Assembly: GCA_041483895.1 (NCBI GenBank)
Contig: JBGPGO010000017.1
Coordinates: 1-64,000 of the forward strand
DNA: 64,000 nucleotides
Source: Fimbriimonadia bacterium
GTDB taxonomy: Bacteria; Armatimonadota; Fimbriimonadia; Fimbriimonadales; JABRVX01
Direction: 5' to 3'
This document shows, in pieces, positions 40,281 through 50,394 of the stretch. Every line of letters starts with the position of its first letter. Positions within the stretch are counted from its first letter, which is position 1. Under the pieces are notes generated by a model. It was not told where the DNA came from, ran no database searches, and saw only the letters and a program-made list of their open reading frames with translations. Made by a program: the position numbers and the translations under genes.

Positions 40281-41362
40281 TCTTCGGAGAGTATGCTACC
40301 GCACACGCGCACCAGCTTGGCGGATTGTAGGACGGACTTTGGCAGTTGGCCCGGTTCCGTGCAGGTCATGATCATTTGCGCGCTGCCGGAAAACAGCTCC
40401 AGCAGGCGCCCTCTGCGGCCTTCATCCAGGTCCGACAGCACGTCATCGAGCAAGATGACGGGAGTTTCCCCGGTCCGTTGCTCGGCGATGGCAGCCTCCG
40501 CTAATTTGAGCGCCAAGGCGGCGCTTCTCTGCTGTCCTTGCGAGGCAAACTGCCTAACAGACTTCTGTTCGATCGTCAGATCGATGTCGTCCCGATGGGG
40601 GCCGCGGGTCGTGTTGCCGCGCTTGATATCCGTCGCCCTCGATTCCGCAAGGGCCTGCGCGAAGGAGCCCGCCGGGGCATCCGGCTTGTAGGTGACGCTC
40701 AGAACCTCGCTATCGCCGGAAAGCGCCTTGTGCATATCAGTTGCTTTGGGCGCGATGCGGTCGATCCATTGCGTCCTGGCGCTAATCAGTGGTTCTCCAT
40801 ATCCGATCAGGTGTTCATCCCAAACGTCCAAATCCATAACCGACCCGATACGCTGGGCGAGATTGGCGACGAGGCCGTTTCGCTGGGTCAGCGCCCGCTT
40901 GAATCGGGCCAGATTGGTCGCGTACGAACCCATCAGTTGCGCCAGCTCCACGTCCATGAACTCTCGGCGAAATGCGGGCTCCCCTCGCACTATATTGAGG
41001 TCCCTGGCGCTGAAATCAACCGTATGCAGCATTCCGATGATGTCAATCGTCTTCGTGAGCGTCGCGCCGTCCACAGATGCTTGCTTCTTGCCGCCGAGCG
41101 GAAAGCTGACGGCGATCTGCGTTTCCCTTCCGCTCTTGTCCAGACCGCCTTCTACCTGGCAGCCTTCCGAATCCCAACGGATGAGATCGGAATCTCTGCC
41201 GCTGCGAAAGCCTCGCGTCGTGGAGAGAAAGTGCATCGCCTCGAGAAGATTCGTTTTCCCCTGACCGTTCTCGCCGTGTAGAATCGTTATGGACTGCGAC
41301 GGTTCCAACGTGGCGTCGGAATAGCTGCGGAAGTCGGTGGCATGAATGCGGAGCAGTCTCAA
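40277..41362 (-). CDS. recF: DNA replication/repair protein RecF
   Basis: GENGQGKTNLLEA, GPHRDD, SQGQQR and LLDDVLSDLD motifs; TTG start MRLLRI. Confidence 0.95.
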   Translation of the reverse strand: MRLLRIHATDFRSYSDATLEPSQSITILHGENGQGKTNLLEAMHFLSTTRGFRSGRDSDLIRWDSEGCQVEGGLDKSGRETQIAVSFPLGGKKQASVDGATLTKTIDIIGMLHTVDFSARDLNIVRGEPAFRREFMDVELAQLMGSYATNLARFKRALTQRNGLVANLAQRIGSVMDLDVWDEHLIGYGEPLISARTQWIDRIAPKATDMHKALSGDSEVLSVTYKPDAPAGSFAQALAESRATDIKRGNTTRGPHRDDIDLTIEQKSVRQFASQGQQRSAALALKLAEAAIAEQRTGETPVILLDDVLSDLDEGRRGRLLELFSGSAQMIMTCTEPGQLPKSVLQSAKLVRVCGSILSEE

Positions 41363-41364
41363 TC

Positions 41365-41630
41365 GGCGTTCTCCACAATGCTTATTGATGCTCGAACCCA
41401 TAGAGTCTTAATACTTATTATTATAATACAAATCGCAGTACTCCCCAAAGGCTTATACAGATGGCGGAAATGACCAAATTATCAGCCGCAAAACTTGATC
41501 TGTCATTCGTTAGAAAGTTGTTAGAAGAGTGTGGAAAACCGGCCCTAGAGTGTGGAAAAGGAATCAGTTTTCCACACGTTCGTCATCCGGCCCGACTTCT
41601 CCCCACTCTCTCCACCCCTATTCCACAGGT
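41365..41630. other. Candidate replication origin (oriC)
   Basis: TTWTNCACA boxes at 41530-38, 41551-59 and 41568-76; near matches at 41369-77 and 41619-27; AT-rich tract 41408-41432. Confidence 0.65.
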
Positions 41631-41656
41631 CTTTCCCCGACCGCGTCCATGCCATA

Positions 41657-42379
41657 ATGAGTGCCCTAATGACCGGCGAGAATGCCCCCGCGACGTGCCG
41701 TCTTGTGACCGTCATCGTACCCGTCTATAACGAAGAAAAAACGGTCCAAGACCTGATTCGGAGGGTTCTGGATGCGCCATTCGAAAAAGAGCTGCTGGTG
41801 GTCGACGACGGCTCGACGGACGGAACCGCAGCGCAGGTCGAATCGATGGGCGACGAGCGGGTACGGCTGATCTGTTCTAGGAGCAACAATGGCAAGGGCG
41901 CCGCAATCCGCGAGGCCATTCCATACGCCAGGGGGAAGGCCATCGTGATTCAGGACGCCGACCTGGAATATGATCCCAACGAAATACCCCAAGTTGTGGG
42001 GCCGATTTTGGCCGGGCAGGAATCCATAGTGTACGGCAATCGCTTTGAGCGTGGGTTTCCGAAAGGAATGGCTCTGCCGAACCGGGTCATCAATTGGATC
42101 CTCGCAAAGTTGGTCTATGCCCTGTTTGGCTACCCACTTCACGATGAGGCGACCTGCTACAAGGCGTTTCGCACGGACCTGCTGCAGGGAATGGAGCTGA
42201 CCTGCCGGCGGTTTGAGTTCTGTCCGGAAGTGACGGCGAAGGCGCTGCGGGCCGGAGAAAAGATCAAGGAAGTGTCCATAACTTATACACCACGGAGCAA
42301 AAAGGCGGGGAAAAAGATACGATGGTACGACGGCGTGGCCGCAATTTGGACGTTGATAAAGTATAGGTTTTCCCGATGA
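41657..42379 (+). CDS. GT2 glycosyltransferase
   Basis: [21 protein letters not shown] and QDADLEYDP motifs; start may be 41669. Confidence 0.9.
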   Translation: MSALMTGENAPATCRLVTVIVPVYNEEKTVQDLIRRVLDAPFEKELLVVDDGSTDGTAAQVESMGDERVRLICSRSNNGKGAAIREAIPYARGKAIVIQDADLEYDPNEIPQVVGPILAGQESIVYGNRFERGFPKGMALPNRVINWILAKLVYALFGYPLHDEATCYKAFRTDLLQGMELTCRRFEFCPEVTAKALRAGEKIKEVSITYTPRSKKAGKKIRWYDGVAAIWTLIKYRFSR

Positions 42380-44385
42380 GCAATAGACTAAAGGACGCAA
42401 CGAGCCCGTACCTCTTGCAGCACTCCGAAAACCCGGTCGATTGGTATCCATGGGGTTCGGAGGCGCTGGGGCGGGCGGCGAAGGAAGACAAGCCGATTTT
42501 CTTGTCCATCGGCTACGCGGCCTGCCACTGGTGCCACGTGATGGAGCACCATGTTTTCGAGGATGCCAAGATCGCGGAGCTGCTACGCGCGGGCTTCATC
42601 GCCATTAAAGTGGATCGGGAAGAGCGGCCGGACATTGACGCGCAGTACATGCTGGCCTCGCAAATCCTAACGGGTGGCGGAGGGTGGCCGCTTTCTGCCT
42701 TTCTTACCCCGGAGCTGAAACCGGTCTTTGCCGCGGGCCGATATTTCGATGCGGCGCAGTTCACGGCGCTCATTGGCAACGTCGCGCGGCTGTGGAAGGA
42801 GCGGCGGGCGGACCTGATTGCGGATGCCGAGCGGATTTCGGATGCGATCCGGGAGGTCGCTCGGGCGCGGCGGCCGGGGCTGGTGGGACCGGGCCTTATG
42901 GACAAGTATGTGTCGCAGATGGCTCCCCGTTACGATCCAAAGCACGGAGGCTTTGGCGGCGCGCCCAAGTTTCCTTCTGTTCCGGGCCTATGGCCGCTGC
43001 TTGGCAGCGAGATGCTGGACGGGACTTTGAAGGCGATGGCGCGCGGGGGTATCCACGATCACGTCGGCGGCGGGTTTTTCCGATACTCGACGGACGAGCG
43101 GTGGCTGGTGCCGCATTTTGAAAAGATGCTCTACGACCAAGGGCAGCTTGCCTCCATCTACGCTGCGGCCTTTGCGCTGAATCCGGACCCGGACTACCGC
43201 GCGGCGGCGCTTGGGATTGGCGAGTTCGTGCGGCGGGAGTTGACGGATAAGGGCGGCGGGTTCTATTCCAGTCTGGACGCGGACAGCGAGGGGGAAGAGG
43301 GGAAGTTTTACGTTTTTGCCGTGGACGAGATTCGGGCGGCGCTTGGGGCGGAGGCGCAGCGGTTTTCAGAGCTGTACGGCATTTTGGAACGCGGCAACTT
43401 CGAGGATTCCAATGTGCTGAGTCTCGTCGATCCGCAATCGCCGGTTGGGGCGCTGCCGGACCAGCGGCAACGGCTGTTCGATGCTCGGTCGAAGCGCGTG
43501 CGGCCCGCGACCGACGACAAGGTGTTGTCCGGCTGGAACGGGCTGATGATCGAAGGGTTAGCGCGGGTAGGGCGCGTGTTTGCGGACGAAGCATCGACAG
43601 AGGCCGCCCGCCGCGCGGCGAACTTCGTGCTCGGAACCATGAGGCCGGATGGGGTGTTGCGCCGCAGCTACCGCAATGGAAAGCTGAGCGGTCCAGGCTA
43701 TCTTTCGGATTACGCTTTCGTCATCAATGGCCTCCTGGAGCTTCCCACGCAAGCGGGGGCTGGGGATTACCTCTCGGCCGCCGTCTCGCTGGCAGAGAAA
43801 ATGGTGGAGCCATTGTGGGATCCGATCGGTGGCGGGTTCTTCGATTCGGAGGAATCGCCCGATCTGTTGGGACGGATGAAGTCGGGCGAAGACGGCGCGG
43901 AACCGAGCGGAAACGGCGCGGCGGCGCGTGCCCTCCTTCGTCTTGCGGAGGCCACCGGCGATTCGAAATGGCGGGACCTGGCCGGGGCAACGGTCCGCGC
44001 ATTTGGCGGCCTAATCGAAGCGCATCCCGCCGCCTTCCCCAACCTCGTCATTGCCGCCCATGACCTCCAGCAAGAGACCGCCGAGGTGCGGGTTTCGTTG
44101 GAAGGTTCGTCGGTCGTCATCGACATCCCCGAAGGCTGGCACATAGCCACCCACGGCGACGGACAGACTATGGGCCTAAACATCTCCATCGAATCCCCCG
44201 GCGCCACTGCAACACCCGACTATCCGGCTGGCGAATACGACGAAACCCTGGACCGACAGGTCTATCGCGGCCGCGTGGTCGTCCCGATCGGAATCGACAA
44301 AGATGCCGCTGTGGCGATCACGGTCCGCTACCAGCCATGCACCGAATTCTCCTGCCTGATTCCGCAAACCATGTATCTCCCCTAA
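42376..44385 (+). CDS. YyaL/DUF255 thioredoxin-domain protein with DsbD-N-like C-terminus
   Basis: NRL...[26 protein letters not shown] and C-terminal CTEFSC. Confidence 0.92.
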   Translation: MSNRLKDATSPYLLQHSENPVDWYPWGSEALGRAAKEDKPIFLSIGYAACHWCHVMEHHVFEDAKIAELLRAGFIAIKVDREERPDIDAQYMLASQILTGGGGWPLSAFLTPELKPVFAAGRYFDAAQFTALIGNVARLWKERRADLIADAERISDAIREVARARRPGLVGPGLMDKYVSQMAPRYDPKHGGFGGAPKFPSVPGLWPLLGSEMLDGTLKAMARGGIHDHVGGGFFRYSTDERWLVPHFEKMLYDQGQLASIYAAAFALNPDPDYRAAALGIGEFVRRELTDKGGGFYSSLDADSEGEEGKFYVFAVDEIRAALGAEAQRFSELYGILERGNFEDSNVLSLVDPQSPVGALPDQRQRLFDARSKRVRPATDDKVLSGWNGLMIEGLARVGRVFADEASTEAARRAANFVLGTMRPDGVLRRSYRNGKLSGPGYLSDYAFVINGLLELPTQAGAGDYLSAAVSLAEKMVEPLWDPIGGGFFDSEESPDLLGRMKSGEDGAEPSGNGAAARALLRLAEATGDSKWRDLAGATVRAFGGLIEAHPAAFPNLVIAAHDLQQETAEVRVSLEGSSVVIDIPEGWHIATHGDGQTMGLNISIESPGATATPDYPAGEYDETLDRQVYRGRVVVPIGIDKDAAVAITVRYQPCTEFSCLIPQTMYLP

Positions 44386-44394
44386 CGCCGCTCC

Positions 44395-44525
44395 GTGTTC
44401 GGGAATCCCGATTACGCCGGTTTCGAGGACGATTCTCCGACAAGGACAGCCCTCAGAGGCGTGGAGCTAAAGGGCCTGTCGGGAACGCGGTCGGAGGTGA
44501 CCGCCATAGCGGATCTGGTGGGGGT
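44395..44525 (+). pseudogene. Possible CHAT (caspase-like) domain fragment
   Basis: FGNPDY...LRG..L..LSGTRSEVTAIADL resembles an internal CHAT segment. Confidence 0.4.
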
Positions 44526-44800
44526 GGCGGGTTCACAAAGCCATCGAGGAAGGCGAAGGAAACCTCGGCCGTCGATAAAATCCATTACGTAATAAGTACC
44601 CATCTGTCATTTAAAATCCCGACACACAGAGTCTTCTAGGATTCGTTAGAATATCTCAGAAAGTGGACAAGCCGGTCGAGTTGACATTCACCGGCGACAA
44701 GAATCTCGGCTGCGGCTGCAGCGTGGTCGTTAAGTCTCTTAGTATCCGCGGAGATGTATCTTGTTAGTGGAGCGGGTTCTTATATTGATAGGAGAAGACC

Positions 44801-47524
44801 ATGTTTGCAACAACCACCTTGACCGACTACGCCGTCGCCGACTCTGAGTTGAAGAGTCTCGACATCATTGCACGTTCACCACTTTTTATCAAGACGATGT
44901 TTATCGGATTGTCGCTGTCGCTAGCCAGCCTTGCGGTTGCGCAAGACCCAATCCGCTTCCTCTTCGCCCCCGCCACGCAGACGGGGCTAGCTCCATATAA
45001 CGCCGCGCTGGCCGACCTCGATGGCGACGGAGATTTGGACGCGGTCACCGCGGACTATGGAGACGGTGAAACTAGCACCGCCACGGTTCTGATCAACCGG
45101 GGGGACGGCACCTTCCTCGCCCCGGTCTCCTATTCGGTGGGCGATGGCGCCGTCGATGTCAAGCTTGGCGACTTCAACGGTGACGGCCGTCCCGACATGA
45201 TCACCGCGAACCAGATGACGGGCCAGAACTTTGGCACTCGCAGCTACTGTACCGTCCTCATAAACAACGGCAATGGCACGTTCGGCAATCGTCATGACTA
45301 CGATGTCGGTTTCAACAGCTACTGCGGCGCTGTGGAAATCGCTGACTTCGATAAAGACGGGAAGCTCGACTGGGCCGCAGCGGCCATGTGGGACGGGTAC
45401 ATCTATGTCTACCGCGGGTTGGGAAACGGCACTTTTGCGCTCCGGAATGCGATTCCCGCTTCGGAGCCGACCGGCGTCGTGGCGGCCGACTTCAATCGCG
45501 ATGGCCGGATTGACATCGCGTTCCATACGGTCAACGACCTTTACGTAATGATGAACAACGGAACGTCTTTCGGGTCCCCCGTCTATTACGACAACTGGCC
45601 GGCGAACGTCGCCGACCTCGCGGTGGCAGACTTCAACAAGGACGGCGCCCCGGATCTCGTATCCGTGGGGTTCCAGACGACGGTCTTCGTCAACGATGGT
45701 TTCGGGGCATTCAGCTCCAAGATCACCTTCCCGGTCGCGGAGACCACGACCGGCGTGATTACCGGAGACTTCGATGGCGACACGTGGATTGACTTCGCGG
45801 GCGCCAACTATGGGGAGAACTCCGCCTCCGTGTATTACAACGACGGCAACCTCGGCTTTCATGATAAGCGGAACTGGGGGGTCGGCTTCGCCCCGAACGG
45901 CCTCGCCGCAGGGGACCTGAACGCAGACGGCAAGCTGGACATGCTCGTCGTGAATAGCCAGATGTCCCAGGACACCGCCACCGTCGTGCTCAACGAAGGC
46001 GACCGGAACTTCTTGGCGCGGCGCGAATACGCGATTCGCGGCTATGGATACGGCATCGACATCGGGGACCTGAACCGCGACGGTTATCTCGACGTGGCGA
46101 CCGCCGTTTACGTCGGAAACGCGGATCGCGTGACGGTCTTTTACGGCACCGCCGACGGCTCATTGTCCGCACCCTACGACGTGGAAGTATTCGGCAACAA
46201 CATTCCCACCGATGTGGCGATCGGCGACCTCAACGCCGACGGATGGCCAGATCTGGTCGCGAGCATCTTTAGCCCTGGGAACAGCATCCGCGTTTGGCTC
46301 AACCGTGGGGACGGCACGTTCAATCCCAGCGCGAGTTACGATGCCGGAGGCAACCCCAGCGGCGTCGGCATCGGTGACCTGAACGGGGACGGGAAGGCCG
46401 ATATCGTTTGCTCCAATGGCTCATCGAACGACAGCAGCGTGTCGATCTTTATCAACAAAGGCAACGGCACGTTCAAGCCACAGATTCGGATCGGCACTTT
46501 GTCCCGACCAAGCGACGTCGTGTTCGGAGACTTCGACCGGGATGGAGACCAGGACTTCGTGGTGACCCACGTGGGTTCCAGCTCTGTCTTGCTGTTCCGA
46601 AATATGGGCAGCGTGACCTTCAGCCTCCAGTCGTTCAACGCCGGAGAAGTGCAGAGTGGCGGCGTCGTGTCCGACTTCAACGGAGACGGGTGGGTCGACT
46701 TTGTCACCGGTGGCGGGCGCCTCAAGTTCCTCCCCAACATCGGCGGCAACTTCGGACCGGCCGTCGAATCCCCCATTGTCGCGGCCTACGTCACGGCCGC
46801 CGATTTGGATAGGGACGGCCTCCTCGATGGTGCGGGCACGAACGGCGTCAGCAGTTACGTCAACTTCGGGCCGGGTGCGGGCAACGGAACGTTTGGGTTC
46901 GAGGGGACGATGGCGGCCGGCTACAACGTTGGCAAGATCGTGGCGGGAGACATCGATCACGACGGATTCATGGAGCTGCTGACGGCCAATGGCGGGCGCT
47001 CCATCAGCGTCTTCACCAACCGAACCTTGGGAACGCCCTGCAAACCCGACGTCATGAGCCTTGAGAACGGGACCGCGATTTCGGGCGGTCTTCCGGAGAT
47101 CCTCCTGTGCGACGACCGCACCTTCGACGTGCGTCCTCTCGCCGCTGCTGTGGCGCCGTCGCCGCCGCTGAGGAACGGGAGTAGGAGCGAATATCCGATC
47201 GCGATCATCGTCGAGGGCACTTCCCCCATAGATTCGCCCTCGTCGCTGGCTATGGTAATCGAGAGTCGAAGCAGCGTTTCTGGGGTTGGCCAGGTCGCGA
47301 GTCTTTGGGATTGGTCCGCGAACATGTACCGGCAGATCGACTCGAGGCTCCTAAAGACCGTCGATGACAGCCTCGTGCTGCTCGCCACCGGCGACTTGCG
47401 CCGATTCGTGCAGCCCGGAACGAACAGAATACGAGCGATGCTGGGTTACCGCCCCTTCGCTTCGTACGTCCCACCAAGCTGGGTCGTAAAGGTCGACCAA
47501 GCCGGCTGGCGGATCATGCCGTAG
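44801..47524 (+). CDS. Secreted FG-GAP/VCBS repeat protein
   Basis: More than 10 GD(L/F)NGDGxxD repeats; RBS ggagaa. Confidence 0.9.
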   Translation: MFATTTLTDYAVADSELKSLDIIARSPLFIKTMFIGLSLSLASLAVAQDPIRFLFAPATQTGLAPYNAALADLDGDGDLDAVTADYGDGETSTATVLINRGDGTFLAPVSYSVGDGAVDVKLGDFNGDGRPDMITANQMTGQNFGTRSYCTVLINNGNGTFGNRHDYDVGFNSYCGAVEIADFDKDGKLDWAAAAMWDGYIYVYRGLGNGTFALRNAIPASEPTGVVAADFNRDGRIDIAFHTVNDLYVMMNNGTSFGSPVYYDNWPANVADLAVADFNKDGAPDLVSVGFQTTVFVNDGFGAFSSKITFPVAETTTGVITGDFDGDTWIDFAGANYGENSASVYYNDGNLGFHDKRNWGVGFAPNGLAAGDLNADGKLDMLVVNSQMSQDTATVVLNEGDRNFLARREYAIRGYGYGIDIGDLNRDGYLDVATAVYVGNADRVTVFYGTADGSLSAPYDVEVFGNNIPTDVAIGDLNADGWPDLVASIFSPGNSIRVWLNRGDGTFNPSASYDAGGNPSGVGIGDLNGDGKADIVCSNGSSNDSSVSIFINKGNGTFKPQIRIGTLSRPSDVVFGDFDRDGDQDFVVTHVGSSSVLLFRNMGSVTFSLQSFNAGEVQSGGVVSDFNGDGWVDFVTGGGRLKFLPNIGGNFGPAVESPIVAAYVTAADLDRDGLLDGAGTNGVSSYVNFGPGAGNGTFGFEGTMAAGYNVGKIVAGDIDHDGFMELLTANGGRSISVFTNRTLGTPCKPDVMSLENGTAISGGLPEILLCDDRTFDVRPLAAAVAPSPPLRNGSRSEYPIAIIVEGTSPIDSPSSLAMVIESRSSVSGVGQVASLWDWSANMYRQIDSRLLKTVDDSLVLLATGDLRRFVQPGTNRIRAMLGYRPFASYVPPSWVVKVDQAGWRIMP

Positions 47525-47684
47525 GCCCACCAAGACAGTGGCCCTTGTGCACGCCGTCTAAGCGGCCGATAGCGACGGTGCATTCCGTCCAAGGCACAAT
47601 TTCCAGGCGCACGGTCCGAACAGTAGGTTCATAGCGGGTTGTTAGAGTACCCGCTACAAGGGTCTGGCAAGTCAAGCAATGGAT

Positions 47685-47903
47685 TTACAGTTCGGCCCAT
47701 TCTTGGGGATCGATGCCGGCCTGCCTGAGAACGGATCGAAGGGTACCGATGACGACTTCACGATGTTTCGGCACGGTTGCGGTACGTGTTACCGCGTCTT
47801 TGGTTTTGGCAAATTTGACGTGGCTACCCTCTTGGCTCACTTCATGGAAGCCCGCGGCCAGAAGTTTTCTGCGGACCTCACGATAGGGAAGCGGTCTAAG
47901 CAG
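47685..47903 (-). CDS. hicA: HicA toxin absent from the ORF track (only CTG available as start)
   Basis: LLRPLPYREVRRKLLAAGFHEVSQEGSHVKF...TVPKHREVVIGTLRSVLRQAGI; overlaps the hicB stop. Confidence 0.8.
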   Translation of the reverse strand: MLRPLPYREVRRKLLAAGFHEVSQEGSHVKFAKTKDAVTRTATVPKHREVVIGTLRSVLRQAGIDPQEWAEL

Positions 47904-48102
47904 CGGCTATCTCGATTTCGAACGGGATTAGTTTCGGAGCGCTTGAAGCGGTTGGCGGTGTGAAATGGAGGGTCAATGCCTCTTTTAGGTTATCGAGGGC
48001 CTCTTGTTCTGTCTCACCTTGGCTGGCGACATCCACCTCGATGCACTGCGCGACATACCAATCGCCCTCCGACCAGACGCTGGCGGTGAACTTCTGCTTC
48101 AT
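47896..48102 (-). CDS. hicB: HicB family antitoxin
   Basis: EGDWYVAQC.EVDVASQGETEQEALDNLKEA; TATAAT 6 nt before ATG. Confidence 0.85.
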   Translation of the reverse strand: MKQKFTASVWSEGDWYVAQCIEVDVASQGETEQEALDNLKEALTLHFTPPTASSAPKLIPFEIEIAAA

Positions 48103-48277
48103 CCCTCCATTATACATGGCGCCGGGCGATGTGTCGGGGTTCACTGCTTCCGGCCACCCATCGCCCGCCGACACCCAAGACCCCAACACATCCAGAGGCT
48201 GGCGATTTGGCGAGGGGCGTGGTAAGATGAATTTCAGTTACTTGCGTGCGATTCAGAGCTGGGTAGGAGGTCGAACT

Positions 48278-50077
48278 ATGAACCGGTGTGGGCGTTCGTG
48301 GGGTTGTGGCTGGCGAGAGGTGTTTTGCTTGCGGATAATCGGGACGGTCATCGTGGGCCTGTTCCTAATCAGTACCGGCATGGCTCAGCAAGGCACGACG
48401 GTCCGCGTATCGGTGTCCTCCTCCGGGGCGCAAGCAAGTCCGGGCATCGCTGACGACTTCACTCCATCAATCAGCGCGGACGGCCGTTATGTCGTCTTTA
48501 CCAATGTGGCCGACAACCTTGCGCCCGGTGACGCGAATGGTAAAACGGACGTATTCGTTCGCGACAGGATGTTGGGAACGACAGAATTGGTGTCGGTGTC
48601 TTCGACCGGCGAGATCGGCAACTCATGGAGTGGAGGTTCGTCTATCAGTTCCGATGGTCGCTATGTCGCCTTCAATAGTTCGTCGGACAACTTAGTCATT
48701 GGGGACACGAACGGCGCCGTTGACGTGTTTGTCCGCGATCGGTTGCTGGGGACCACTGAACTGGTTTCCGTCTCGTCCACCGGGGAACAGGCAGATGCGG
48801 ACAGCTCTCTCGGCGGGCTAACGATCAGCGCGGATGGCCGGTATGTCGTTTTTGACAGTCGCGCGACTAATCTCGTCGCCGGTGACACGAACGGCCACAA
48901 CGACGTGTTTGTTCGGGATCGACAATCGGGGACTACCGAGCGGATATCCGTATCATCTACAGGCGATCCTGGGAATTTCAATACGGTCGGTGGCGTCTCG
49001 ATCAGCGCAGACGGCAGGTATGTCGCATTTGCAAGCGCGTCAACCAACCTTGTTGAATCAGACACGAACGGCGCGATTGATGTGTTTGTGCGGGATCGCA
49101 AATTGGGAACTACGGAACTGGTTTCCGTTTCATCGACAGGAGCGCAAGGCCATGGGTTGAGTTTCCCACCAGTCATCAGTGCGGACGGAAGATTTGTCGC
49201 CTTTAGAAGCAGCGCGAGCAACTTGGTTGATGGTGACACGAACAACGGCACAGACATCTTCATTCGCGACCGGCAACTCGGAACAACAGAGTTGGTATCC
49301 GCCTCCTCTTCCGGTCAAATTGGGAACGGCCAGAGCCAAGATTTCTCAATGAGCCCGGACGGTAGATTCGTTGCTTTTTCCAGTTCCGCGAGCAATCTGG
49401 TCCCGGGGGACACGAACGGCCGATAAGACATATTTGTTGCTGATCGACAACTTGGAACGTGGCAACGAATTTCGGTCTCCACAGACGGGGACCAAGGAAA
49501 CGATGGTAGCGGCTATGCCGCGATTTCTGCGGATGGGCGATTCGTCGCCTTCAACAGCTCGGCAAGCGATCTGGTCGCGGGGGATACGAATGGTTCCGAT
49601 GACTGTTTCGTCCACCAGATCGGTTCGGGGGCTGGATGGGGTGACGCCGAGATCACGCTGAGTGGTCACCTAACCCCTGTGGGGTACGTGGGGACCTTGC
49701 CTGGGAGCATCTTATTCGAATTTCGAAAACTCGGTGACACGGCGCCATTCGATACCCGAATCGCCGCCGTCGCTTTGGATGGAACATACACGGTCACGGC
49801 GTACACGCGGCAGATGGATGCCAGCGTCAAGACTTTGTCATGGCTTCGCCGCACCGTTTCTGTCGATGCCAGTTCCGGCCCTGTGAGCGGACTGGATTTT
49901 GCCTTCACCATCGGCGACACGGACGGGAACAACGCCGTGGACATTGGGGATCTGAACTCGGTTCTCATTGCCTTCGGACAGACGGACGATCCCGCCGATG
50001 TCGATGGCGACGGGACAGTTGATCTCCCGGACCTCAACTTTGTTTTCGTCAACTTCGCGACCGTCGGCGATCCGTAA
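48278..50077 (+). pseudogene. Secreted TolB/PD40-like beta-propeller plus dockerin-like domain, interrupted by in-frame TAA at 49424-49426
   Basis: ISADGRYVAF...DTNG..DVFVRDR repeats continue in frame after the stop and join the 49679..50077 ORF. Confidence 0.85.
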
Positions 50078-50283
50078 CTGTCTGCAGCGAAGCCGGTGGC
50101 CGCGTTTTGAAACATGCCAAGCATTCCGGCGGTGATGACTACAAGTAGCAACCGTGGCATGGGTATCGGTTGAAGACCAACGTGGGGAATGTGAAGTTGG
50201 TTTTGCGGGGCTAGGCGCGCCTCCGATCGGGGTGCACCCTGACGGGGGACTGGGAGTAACGGTGGCCTCGAGCCCGCATTGGA

Positions 50284-50372
50284 CATATAGGACCTATACG
50301 ACCTATATGTCCTATCGCTGAGAGTTGGCCCGCTGGCAGCAAAGGTCAATGCCGGCAAGATGCCAGCGTTAC
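50284..50372. repeat. Short tandem ~9-mer repeat and REP-like palindrome
   Basis: taggaccta-tacgaccta-tatgtccta; gccggcaagatgccagcgttac. Confidence 0.5.
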
Positions 50373-50394
50373 AAGGGACAGGTAAACTGCCCGC

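Noticed and set aside
48361..49620. Nucleotide-level repeats suggesting a DGR or array
   Set aside because: They are protein beta-propeller repeats; no reverse transcriptase gene is present in the window
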